DNA of 64,000 nt from Lytechinus pictus (Eukaryota): contig NC_087250.1 of the NCBI RefSeq assembly GCF_037042905.1, forward strand, positions 11,968,001-12,032,000. Reading direction: 5' to 3'. This document shows, piece by piece, positions 25,461 through 37,374 of the stretch (positions within the stretch are counted from its first letter, which is position 1; the number at the start of each line of letters is the position of its first letter). A program made the translations under genes and the position numbers. The notes below the pieces were generated by a model that searched no databases, had not been told where the DNA came from, and saw only the letters and a list, made by a program, of their open reading frames with translations.

Positions 25461-26889
25461 TTATCTAACTCTGTGCTAAAATTATGGAAAAGCCAAAAAA
25501 GTTACAATTTTCTTTACAATGTGTTTCTTATGTCTACTGTGGTCTTTCCTAACTCATGATTGGTTGAGAAAGCTATCTTATTTATCCTTCCAAACCGTTA
25601 AAAATGATTTAAGTGAAAAATTATCTAATACACTGAAATTATACTGTTAGAGATTTATGCGACTATTGGCTATCCATAGTTAAACCACAACTTTAAACCA
25701 GTGTTTAAATTAAACCCGACTTCAGAATACGGGCCTTATTGTTTAAGTTGTACAAACCATTGGTTTCCTGTTCTATGTAATTATTTCCCATTGTATCTTA
25801 TACATACTTGTTTTGGGCCACTGGTGAACAGCTCTTAGCTTTTCATTGGGTCCATACCTTATGTATTAATGCTTTATTTAATTGTACGCATTGTTAATTT
25901 GTGTTTTTATTGTTTTTACACATGAATTTAAATGAAAAAAAAGTAAATGAAATAGGTGGTAGGTTTGAAGTTTGTCTGGGTAACTGGGTCTAGATCACAG
26001 ACTAGGCTGCATACCAATGATTATTACCCGGGATTACAGTCTTAGTTTTGTAGTTGGTTAGGTCTTAGTTTTGTAAAAAGAAAATTTGTAGTATATATAT
26101 ATTGGGTCCTGGGTCTTAGGTCTCATGTCATCGTTTTGTAGACACCCCTAAATATGTTCTTTCCCATCCGAATCTTGTAAACTTAATATTGTTTTATTCT
26201 ACTTGCAGCTTACAAAAAAAATCACAATAATGCTAGCTCTTAAAGGTTATGATTTTTTTTTCAATGAAAAACAATTGTATGTACGGGCTTGATAAAGTTA
26301 AGATATCTTTAATGTGTTATATAATACCTTGTCCTCGCTGCCGTGTGATCCTTTATACGAAAGCCACGATTGGCCTTTCGTAACTGATCGTAAAAAAATG
26401 TTTCAACCATTCAACAGTTTTCTACAATCAATACGATTGTCACGACTGATCTGATACGATCTAATAAGATCTTTACGATTAGTCAACGATTAAGACCGAC
26501 GTTTTAATCGTTGCGCAAATCGTGACGGTGGGAACTATAGGTATTAGTTCGAAAACATAAGAAGTAGGCATTTTTATAGAACATTATTAAAGAAACAACA
26601 AATCTAAGACAAGCATTATAAAAATGATGTTACCAAATGAAGCCAAATTTAACTTTAAAAAGGTGAAAATTTTGGAGTGTTATTGCAACATTTATGTATG
26701 CCGTCAGTGTCCTGCGATCCTTTACGAATGCCACGATTGGCCTTTCCTGACTGATCGCGATGACGTTTGAACTATTCATATTTTTTCTAGGTTCGATACG
26801 ATTGCCTCGACTGATCTGATACGATCATCACGATTTCTCCACTCGATCATTTCTCCTTATTTTATTATAAATTTCATTCGGTTTCTTAA

Positions 26890-27707
26890 AAGGTAAAAAA
26901 TTCTACCCCAGAAAAAAGTTGATTTAAATAAATAGAAAAAAAATCAAACTAGCATAACGCTAGAAATTTCATCAAAATCGGATTTAAACTAAGAAAGTTA
27001 TGACATTTTAAAGTTTTGCTTATATTTCACAAACCAATGACATGCTCAACTCAGTGACATGCAAATTTCTTTTCTTTTTTATTGTTTGAATTATACAGTA
27101 TTTCATTTTTTATAGCTTTAACAATACGGACCAACTTGACTGAACCATAACGTTGAAACAAAATAATTCCACCTGTTTAGGAGGAATAAAACTTTTTTTC
27201 ACATGAAAATGAGGAGAAAAGTAGAATATATCATATTTCATACACTGCAAAAACTCTGGTGTTGATTTAACACCAGCCCGGAATCTATATATGTCCACAC
27301 CAGAGAAGGGTTAAGCAACACCAGTTTCGTTTTGGTCTATTAAAAACACCAGATAGGTGTTTATACAACACCAATTTGTATTAAAACAGCATCGGTTTGA
27401 TTCCAAACTGGTGTTGTTTCAATACTTCTCTGGTGTGGACATATATAGATTCCGGGCTGGTGTTAAACAACACCGGCGTTTTGCAGTGTATAATCAAATA
27501 CAAAAGAAATAGTGAGTGGATGACGTCATCTATCTCCTCATTTGCATACGACCAGGATGTAAATATAACAATTTTGTGAAATTAAGCGAAATTTTGAAAT
27601 GTCATAACTTTTTATTTTACATTCAATTTTAATGAAATTTTCAGTGTTGTGCTCGTTGGATTTTCTCTTTTTATTCAAATCAACTTTTGGTGGGGTGGAC
27701 TTGTCCT
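26890..27707. mobile_element. Kolobok-type MITE
   Basis: TTAA flanks and long imperfect TIRs (..TGGGGTGGACTTGTCCT|TTAA). Confidence 0.72.
27243..27488. mobile_element. CACTGC MITE family copy nested in a Kolobok-type MITE
   Basis: TA TSD, full termini. Confidence 0.88.
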
Positions 27708-28659
27708 TTAATCAATGAGCAATGGAATATCAATTTTCTCCATAACTATTAAAATAAATAATATGATTTTGTGTTTTTATTGGTTTTGAATGGCTAAAGC
27801 TTACATGTTTTGTTACGAATATTTATCTGCCCTATGAATATGTAAAAAATACTTTTATTCTTGTACTATTTTCTGTATTATGAATATTTCCTTTTTCATA
27901 AACAAGAGTTTTTGTTGATTTATATTGTAACATTTTGCAATGTACCGCTGTAGGCCAACTATGATTCTATCGGAATGAATGCAGTTAATACTATTACAAC
28001 CCCCTCCCCCTTCATACAAAGATAGAAAGCAACAACAACAAATGAATAAAAATATAATTTAAAAATAGGACAAATTAAGACAACCGTTTAAATCTAGGAG
28101 CGACTTATGACAGTAGTGGTGTCTTTTCTTCACCGTGGACCTATCGAGCTTCCTCTCTGATTGTTTTTTTTTAATAATAATATTATAACAAACCAATCAG
28201 CTAAAACATAAACTAGATACCATATTGTGGTATCTAGTAGATACCATATTAGATACTAGTAGATACTATAGTAGATACCATATTATGGTATCTCTAGTTT
28301 ATGTTTTAGCGTTGTTACGTCACGTTTCGGGGCAACAACCGCATTGCACAATAACTATAAAAGCCCAGTTCCCTATCTCCCTTTTCTTATTCATGAAAAG
28401 CCATAAATCGATTGAATTCCTATATGCTTTGAAATTACATACCCCGTAGCCGTGTCTATTGCTTGATTAAAACCTACAGGGCAATATTCACTTTAAAAGA
28501 AAGGTTACAGTATAGTTTTGCATTGTTACGTCACGTTTCGGCGCACCAGTTGCCATAATTAACTGTTTTACATAATAACTTTCATCAGCATGGAGTAAAA
28601 TTTACACTCCTCCTCCTTTTTTTTTCTCCTCTTCCTGCAACTGCCAGCAACGACACCAT

Positions 28660-29167
28660 CATTATCATTAATTATCACTACTGCTTCATTGTATCTTCGT
28701 TATTACTATCATCATGATCATCACCATCATCATATTCATCATCTTCATCATCATCATCTTCATCATCTTCATCATCATCATCATCTCATCATTATTATCG
28801 TCATCATCATCATCATTATCATCATCATTATCATCATCATTATCATCATCATCATCATTATAATCATTATCATCATCATTATCATCATTATCATCATCAT
28901 CATCTTCATCATCATCCCCTCCCATTTACTATTTTTTAGGCTATCACCTTCTCCCTCCCTCCTCCTCCTCCTCTTCTTCTTTTACTTCTTTTTCCTTTTC
29001 ATTTTCTTCGTCTACTACTTCTTCGACGATCTTCTTCTTCTTCATTTCCCTTTCTTCTTCTTTTCTTTTTCCTTCTGTCCTCTAACTTCACTACTCACTG
29101 TACTACCATAACTACAACTGCTGTTGCTGCTACTACTACTGCTGCTACTACTACTACTACTATACTT

Positions 29168-29205
<38 letters not shown>

Positions 29206-29276
29206 GCTACTACTATACTTCTACTACTACTACTACTACTGCTACTACTACTACTACTACTACTACTACTATACTT

Positions 29277-29356
<80 letters not shown>

Positions 29357-29488
29357 TACTACTACTACGACAACGACTTCTTCTACTACTACTACAACTA
29401 GTGTTACTACTACTATTATCACTATTACTACTACTACTACAACTAGTGGTACTACTACTATTATCACTATTACTACTACTACTACTAC
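28660..29488. repeat. Compound microsatellite (ATC)n-(CTT)n-(ACT)n, resuming at 31044-31130
   Basis: Direct reading. Confidence 0.95.
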
Positions 29489-31043
29489 CAGCGGCGTAAC
29501 AGGGGTCGGTGGCCAGGGGGGGGGGGTTAAGAGCCAAAAATTTCCCGGTCATATCATGGTATGAACAGGCGTAATGGTGTAATGAGGCGACTATTTTGAG
29601 AAGGCCAGATATTGCCTATCGGGCAGAATTTATCTTATAAAAAAATTGCGAGCGACCGAAGCGAGCGAGCCAAAATTTTGACCTTTTTAATACAAAAAAA
29701 CAAATTTTGTGATAGATTTTGACATGATATCCAATGAATGACTCTTTTTTGTTGTCTGTACGCCACTGTGAACTGTGGGTGCAGTATATAATAGCACATG
29801 TGCTAAAAAGCTGCTTTATATAAGTCCTGAGCGAGCGGAGCGAGAAAAAAATCACCTTTTCATGAGAATCTAACTCTGAGCTATTTTTTTACATTATATA
29901 CAGTAAATAAAATCATATCCTACACTATTCCGCAGGGCCCCCAAGAAAACAGTGCTTAGTCCACTGATGGGGTTACCCTGGGTAAACAAAACGAAATAAA
30001 TAAATGAATAAATTCCTTGGCTTTTCTTTCTTCCTTTTTTGTTCTTGTTTGTAGAACTTTTTGGGGCCATGACCCAACCTTTCCATACGCAGTGCTGTGC
30101 GGTTGGGGTTCGGGGCGGAGCCCCCGGAACTTTTTGATATCAAAGCCATTTAAACCTCGCAGATTGCCGCTATTTTAATCAAATCGCGGGCATATACAGA
30201 ATATAGCTTTTACACAACACATTAATTCAACCCAGTTGCGCAAAAGTCGCCAGCGTGCAAAGCGAGCTGGAAAAAAAAATTGCCTATTGAAATTAAATTC
30301 TAATTATGTGAAAGATTTTTCCATTATATTAAGCAAATAACACATTTCATTGTTTCCATTCCTTTTATTACACGTTGTCTCCTATAATTTATTCTATTTC
30401 CTCTTGGGTGTGGAACCAAGACCCCCCCCCCCCCCCCCGCGCCTGTATGCATGTGATTGAACGGGGGGGCGGGCGTTATAGAGCCAATTGAAGAGCCCCT
30501 ACTGGGTGGCGTCTGGGGCAAAGCCCCGGTAGCTTATTTGCATAAAATTTAGCAAGCATATAGCACAATGTTGTATGCAGTTCGTCTTTCTTTCCGCTCT
30601 TTAATTTCAATCATCGGCAGCCCGGTCGTGTTATGTTTTTTTTTTTTCCCGTTTCTTTGTTTTCCAATTTAGCTTTTGATTAATTACATTCTACCTTCGT
30701 TTCCCGCTATTGTTTGCCATTTTGTCATCTTTTAATTTATTTCCCACCGTGTTATTGCATTACAGAGGCCCATTTCGGAATTATTTGTTATTTCTCAAAT
30801 GTTCTTCTTTCGTAGATTTTCCCGCTTTCCTTCCTTTTCCATGAAAAAAAGAGTTTTTTCTTCGTTTTCTTTTCACTTTTCCCTTTCCCTTTCCTTTTCC
30901 TTCTTTCCTTTTCCCCTTTCCTTCCCCTTTCCCTTTCTTTCTCCCTCCTTTTTTTCTTTTTCCCGTTTTTCTTGTATTTTCCCGGTGAAATCCGCCAGGG
31001 GGCAGCTTGCCCCCCCCCCTGCCCCCCGCCTGTTACGCCACTG
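29489..31043 (-). mobile_element. Non-autonomous hAT-type element, copy 2 (1555 bp, inverted relative to copy 1)
   Basis: Reverse complement of 5617-8596 without its insertions; 8-bp TSD ACTACTAC within an (ACT)n tract. Confidence 0.92.
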
Positions 31044-31649
31044 ACTACTACTACCACTACTACTGCTGCTACAACTACAACTAGTAGTGCTACTACTATT
31101 ATCACTATTACTACTACTGCTACCGCTACTAATACACTCCTTCTAATACTCCTTTAAAACTACCACTGACATCATCATTGTTTGTTATAAAAAAAACAAG
31201 AACAATCTTCTTCATCTGTTCATGAAATAACGTTTCAATTCTTTTCGAGATAAAAATTTCGTATCAGATCGTACTCTGTAGTCGGTTTAAACCTACATAC
31301 TTTTCTTCTTCAACAATACAATTAAATCGCTCTCGAGGAACTTCCTTGTTTGAGCCAAACTGAAGATTGTTGAATATAGAAGGAAACAATCTATTTTTAG
31401 GTGCCATTCTCGCAAATGTTTGGACTCACATGATCAAGGAAATCGCTCCCATTAAATGACGTAGAGGAGGGGGCGGGGGAGGGCTTAAGGCCAAGGAACC
31501 AAAAAAATTCCAGGACCAATAAAAGGGAGAAAAGGAAAGCAATAAAAGGTTGGAAATATGATACTATCTTATGAATATTACGTCATAGACAATCATAACT
31601 TAAAAAAAAATGGTCACAATTGTCCTCTTTTTCTTCGCTCGCCGTGGCT

Positions 31650-31830
31650 TTTACATGGACCTGGCCACGGAGGATTATCTATTGTTACTGAGGTGCTGTG
31701 CCATCCCCAATAGAATACTAGTAATCCTCCGTGGCCAGGGTTGAGTCGGCAAAATATGGGTAAATCTCTTGCTGAAGGAAAACACACCATGGCTTGGAAT
31801 CGAACCCACGTCCCTCATATTGACTAGTCT
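31650..31830 (-). mobile_element. Degenerate tRNA-derived SINE (related copy at about 51770-51970, + strand)
   Basis: GGGACGTGGGTTCGATTCC...TTCCTTCAGCAAG shared with the SINEs at 51795 and 56928. Confidence 0.6.
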
Positions 31831-32619
31831 GCTGGGCAAACCCTTCACTCGAGTTAAGGGTCTGAATGTGCAGCCTACTCATGCCTTGTGTACTGAAGGT
31901 TTTGCATGTGCTAGTCTTTGCGTGGAGGCACACTTATTGACCAAAGTTCCAATCAGGGTCTGTGCCTGCAGACTACATATTGACAGAGAAGAATGATGAC
32001 CACTAGACCTCAAAACTTTCATTTAGTATACCATGTTGATATTGAGCCCACTTACTAATTTGGTCGGGCAAACATCGTTCGGCTTTTATCTTTTACATCA
32101 AAAAGCTATAAATAGTACTTGTTCAAACATCGCAGTGTCCTCAAAGAATCGATCGATGTGCTAGCTTTCGCACGCTAAGGAGGCTGAAGGGGTTGTTAAC
32201 CCATCAAAAATTGTTTGAACAACGTAATCCGAGAGGCTTTTTACCTCTAAGACCAAACAGACCAGTGGCGAGTTACTAGAAAGTTTATTTATGGAATAAA
32301 TAAAAGTTGTCACTTCTGACCATGGACCTATTACGTAATAGGTCCATGCTTCTGACGAAGGTTTTCGTGGCGAAGAGGAAGGGTGAAATAGTTTCACGCA
32401 TTGGCGGATCCAGAGGGGGGGGGGGGCACAGCCGGCCCGTGCCCCCCCCCCCCCTTGAGAGGCACAATTGAAATTTGAAATGTAAAAATGCTGTTAAAAC
32501 AGAAGTTTGCACCCCCCCCCCCTTGAAAATGTAGATATATATATTTTTTTTTGCTTGTCAAATTTTTCCTCCGGAAAACGTGCCCCCCCCCCTTTGGAAA
32601 ATCCGGGATCTGCCCCTGA

Positions 32620-32880
32620 TTACCCCATATTTTCTGTTTCTGTTTATTCTGTTTATCGTAACTCCCGTAGGAACTCGACAGGGCACCGTTTTGCTGGTAA
32701 ACGCCAAGCTGGTATATAACCAATTACCTCGGAAACATTTTACGTCTTGGCTGTCGTTATAGACGACAGATACTACTCTCGGGCCTTTTTATCAAAGTGG
32801 AGACAATGGCAGAGTAGGGATTCGAACTCACAACCTTGCGATTATGAGTCCAATGCTCTAACCACTGGACCACACGACCT
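32620..32880 (-). mobile_element. tRNA-derived SINE
   Basis: Minus strand GGTCGTGTGGTCCAGTGGTTAGAGCATTGGACTC...GAGTTCGAATCC followed by a SINE body. Confidence 0.75.
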
Positions 32881-34259
32881 GTGTTATGAATAAAAGACTG
32901 GCATCATCAATGATTTTAGAAGCTGAATGAAAAATAATTATAGGACAAGAACACCCTAACACAAAAAAAAACAAAAACAAAACGTTGATGTGAATTGAAG
33001 GAGAACAATTCCAAAAAGCATAAACCCGATAATTTCAGCAAAATAAGATGTAAAATATAGTTATGGCATTTCAAAATTTCGCTTATTTTCGCAAAACAGT
33101 TACATGAACACAGTGGCGTACCGTGGGTCGAGGCATTGGGGGGGGGGCACCACCAAAAATTTGTGTGCCCCCCCCCCCCCCCGATAACTATTATTGTATT
33201 TTTTTATTATTTGCTTTAGCTGCATACAGTAGTTGTTGAAATGTTATACAATTGAGAGGCACAATTGAAATTTGAAATGTAAAAAATGCTGTTAAAACAG
33301 AAGTTTGCACCCCCCCCCCCTCGAAAGTGTAGATATATGTATATTTTTTTGCTTGTCAAATTTTTCCTCCGGAAGTTGTTGAAATGTTATTTTTGCATGA
33401 TTTCGGATTATGTCTCTGTTCTGATACGATTTGTCCATGTTTATTACAGTGTTATTTGATCTGTGTATTTACAGCTGCAATAATCATATCATTTTATATT
33501 TCCTTGATTATGTATGTATGAAATTTATTTGAATGAATAATAAAGATCACTACAAAACAAAACTATTACTATTTGTATTTTCATTATCTTCCTTCTTCTT
33601 TATTGGAAAATACAACTTGCTGAAATTGCCAATTTACAGTATTCATGAATGGCAATATAGCATAGCAAATAAACAAAATCATCATAAAGTATTGTATCAA
33701 AGCTTGAATCTACTTTCGAGATATATTTATATCTCATGGCAAAGGTAAATTGGATAATCAAGTATGGATAATGAACGAACAAGTTAGTATATAAATGACA
33801 TATTAGCGTGAGTGATGAATACGTTGATAGATTCATCAAAAAGCGAGCGCGAGTTTGTGCTGCTATGGTAAAAATATACTTTTGAAACTATAATTAATAC
33901 GAAGTACATTACATGCATCCCTGTCGAAACATTTCATGTTCCAGCTTTGGAATTTACAATTATGATATTCAAACAAAGTGAAGTGTTGGAAAGAAATGTC
34001 GATGTTTGTTTATCATTGCATATTCGAAAACGAAATGAGAAGTCAATTTTGTCAATATTTTGTTACTATGTATGATTGCGGCTTCGATATTCAAAACATT
34101 AGGTTAAAGTAAGCCAACGCATGGTGTCTTCTGCTGAAGGCCTCCTTTGCGACAGCAATACTAGCCCGGGTTTTCATTTCCTAGTGTTGGCATGGTTGGG
34201 GTTGTAGCTAGTTTTGGTACGTTGCTAAGCGCCGTTCATTTCATCATTGATTTTTGTGT

Positions 34260-34519
34260 AAGTAACTGACCAATGAGCGCCCTGCTCTGGGGGTAAAAAA
34301 CTGCCCAGGCATGGCTTCAATTTAAAGCTTTCTAAACGGATGGATGCTCTAAGCGCGATGACAAAGAGGGGGTTTCTTTAATATGACATTGTTCTTTTTT
34401 TAACCCTTTCAAGAGGAAGGTGGCAAGGGCGTTTATCGCTTACGAAATCATTTTTAATCGAGACTTTCGTCAAACATAGACACTCGTCCACCCGCTCAAC
34501 TTCAGCGTGCGTCTAAAAG
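34260..34519 (+). promoter_or_regulatory. Candidate promoter and non-coding first exon of the Ly6/uPAR gene
   Basis: CCAAT box near 34270 and aag|gtaagc donor at 34520; the ATG exon has its own acceptor, so an upstream UTR exon is expected. Confidence 0.35.
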
Positions 34520-35353
34520 GTAAGCGTCGGAGTTCGAGTTTTCATTTTGTTAACTTTCTTCGTTTTAATGACGAGTTTGAGTTGGAACTCGTCTTTTATA
34601 TATTTCAATATTACTTTATGTTTATTAACCGTTTCTCCATGGTCCGTTTTTTTTTTGGGGGGGGGGGGTAGGACATGTACACCGTATAAGCAATCCCCAT
34701 GACAACGATCCACGCTTCTTGTTTTTATCAAAGTTTTGTTCGTTTTATTTGACTTTACAAACGATGGTCGTTTGGCAGAAGACTATATTTGAACAAGTGT
34801 CGTTATAAACCTTTCCTATATAAACTAATGACATTTACAATTCATCGTGTTAATTTAGTGGTCTAGACTTAATTGATGTAGTTTGTAGATTTCTATAGGT
34901 GTTTTTTTCATAGATGTACATTGTCTTCAATTACTGATGTAAGGACCCCATTGAAAATAAGCCATCTCGGCTTTCATGGGCAATCCTGTCAAGGTATACA
35001 CTTCTGTTCAGATTTTCTTGTATTTGTTCATAGTTACCTGACAAATAAAATCAATCAATCAATCAATGGAGCATGTTGCATGAAACGTTGACCATTAAAA
35101 GATTCTGGAAAACAAAGATTATACAATGGACATTCTAGTCAAGTCAATCCTGACGTTCATGCCATAATCAATATAATGATTGTGGGCATTAACGGAAAGA
35201 CAAGACATTTAACACATTCAAAAACTGGATTTTTTTTTTTTTTTTTTTTAATTATTCTTTTTTGCCGGTCTTTGGGGTCTTTCTTCTTCTTTTACTTCCG
35301 ATGAGGGCAGTCCTCTTTGTAGAGTAGAGTCGTACTTGACTGAGGCCGCTATC

Positions 35354-35607
35354 CAGAAGCGTACGCAGGATTTTTGAAGGGGGTGGGGATTCAAGCTGAA
35401 TGAAATGTTTCCAACCAAAAAAAAAGGGGGGGGGGTCTTCACCACAAATTTTAGATCGTTTCCTACCCCAAAAAAATTGACAAGCAAAAAAACAATATTA
35501 AAAAAAACCTGCAGAAAAACTTTAGGGAAAGTGGGGGGGGGGGGGTGGTTTGAACAAAACTGAAAGGGGTTTGGACACCTGTACCCCCTCCCCTGCATAC
35601 GCTACTG
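35354..35607. mobile_element. hAT-type MITE (CAG..CTG) abutting the AcademH insertion
   Basis: CAGAAGCGTACGCAGG / CCTGCATACGCTACTG; flanks CCGCTATC versus CCGCAGTC (degenerate 8-bp TSD, right copy read after the AcademH). Confidence 0.6.
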
Positions 35608-35613
35608 CCGCAG

Positions 35614-36487
35614 TAGCCTCTTGTCGAGGCCCTGGCGGCTGCTTCCCGAGCGAAGCGAGGGATTTCCTAATTCGCGAAGCGAATTAGGCCTGGCGCGAGA
35701 CAGGGCCTCTTGACATCTGAGCTGAATTATATAATCATGAGGAACGTCTTTCTAATGAATATACACGAGTCATGATTACCGGTCACCTATAGTAAACCAA
35801 TGAAATGTCAAAGCTGTTTCGTCCGGGGTTCGGAATACTATAGTAGTCCACTATTCTGCAGGGGATTCATTTAATTGCGGGACACTAAAGGGGATATAAC
35901 GAGCAAAATGATACAAGTAGTGGTACTACTACTGCTAGTACTGGCCGTAACAGACCCATCGCCGCCCCGAAACTTCCCGGGAGATACTGGTCAGCCGCTG
36001 GTCAGACTCGATTTTAATAAAGGGGAAGCAACTCTGCACAGCGGAGATCGATAATCGACGCATAGTGGAATCGCATGAAATATAACATTTTTTCCATATC
36101 CTGTGGGAAGATTCACAAAAACATCTCGTCCATTCAGTGCAGATTTAATTTCATCGACTTGCAAATCCTTAAATCGGTCAATATTCAGCATTTTCAATGC
36201 TCTTTGATATTTCGTCGTCACTCTTCGCCAAGAATCCACGGGTCGCCTTTCAAGATGATCTCATGAATATTCAATATGACGTCATAGCGGCCCGCGCTCT
36301 CATTCGATGATTTTCACCGACCAGTTCTTGGTCGGAATATTGGTAAAGACAATAAAAAACAAAAGAAAGTCGGTGAAATTCGGCTCAGATGTCAAGAGGC
36401 CCTGTCTCGCGGCGCTCTGCTTCGCTAGATCCCTTGCTTAGCCATGTTCGCTCGGAAAGCAGCCGACAGGGCCCCGGCAAGAGGCTA
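35614..36487 (-). mobile_element. Non-autonomous AcademH-type DNA transposon with RecQ-like helicase fragment
   Basis: TAGCCTCTTG..CAAGAGGCTA termini, about 110-bp imperfect TIRs, perfect 9-bp TSD CTGCCGCAG; internal ORF 35991-36239 has GRDVFVNLPTGYGK (SF2 motif I). Confidence 0.88.
35991..36239 (-). pseudogene. RecQ-like SF2 helicase N-terminal fragment within the AcademH element
   Basis: FKDLQ (Q motif), GRDVFVNLPTGYGK (Walker A), VASPL (motif Ia-like); truncated. Confidence 0.82.
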
Positions 36488-37331
36488 CTGCCGCAGTCAA
36501 AAAAACACAATGTTATCAATGTGTTAAATGACAATTCCGTTTTATGCAGCGGGTCTCTGATCGTCATTTTATGGTGTAGGTATGATTTACTAAGTAAACA
36601 TAACGGTGATAATGGGTATTAGATTCTACTACCCAAAGTCGTTATAATTAAGTCATTTTGTGCTAGGCCGGCTTCCTTGTTGTATTTTGCGCAATGATCT
36701 GAAGATTATCTGGATGGGCGGTCGCACGCTGATTGGCTATTCAGAATTGCACAGATCAGTAACCCCCTTAACAAGTTTTTCGTGGGCTTTATTTACACAT
36801 TTTGGCCCCTAAACAAGTTGTCGCCAAAATATGACATCGGGGAAAAAGCTTGGGAATAAAAACAGACCCTAAACACGTTTGGCTAGTCTTAAAGACAAAG
36901 CTTGGGGGGAACATACCCTAAATACGTTTGACCCCGCGATTGACCATTGACCAGTCTTTCAAAACCACCCTTTTTCTTGAAAGTCGGTGTTTTTGATACC
37001 CTTAACGAGTCCACGCGCGGACCGCGTCCAATACTGAAAAAACACCCTTTTAAACGCGTTTTTTTTTTGCCTGCCCCCCCCCCCCCCCCATCCGGGAAAA
37101 GAATATGAAGAACAAGAACAAGAACAAGAAAAGAAAAGTGAGAAGAAGAGAAGAAGAATAAGAAGCAGAAGAAGAAGAAGAAAAGAAGAAGCAAAGGAAA
37201 AGGAGAAGAATAAATATAAGAGGAAAGAAAAGGTTCGTACGTTGTCGGCTACGTTGGACAGAATTTTTCAACTGTTTAAAATATTTTTTTTCTATTTTTC
37301 TGCAGGTAGAACAACTAAACCCATCCTCACC

Positions 37332-37374
37332 ATGAATACCCTTCTTACTTTGTTCATTCTTGCAGCCTGCGTAG
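37332..37374 (+). CDS. Ly6/uPAR gene, signal peptide exon
   Basis: caccATG context, MNTLLTLFILAACV, gtaagt donor; acceptor ttttctgcag ends at 37305. Confidence 0.88.

Larger units (their letters stand above)
23110..26150. repeat. Modular repeat in both orientations (AGTCTGTACTC.AGACCCA.TTATG.AGAAAC)
   Basis: Forward units near 23125 and 23900; inverse units near 24230, 24360 and 25960. Confidence 0.6.

Noticed and set aside
28686..29564. Poly-His/Ile/Tyr/Thr/Asp ORFs
   Set aside because: Trinucleotide microsatellite artefacts
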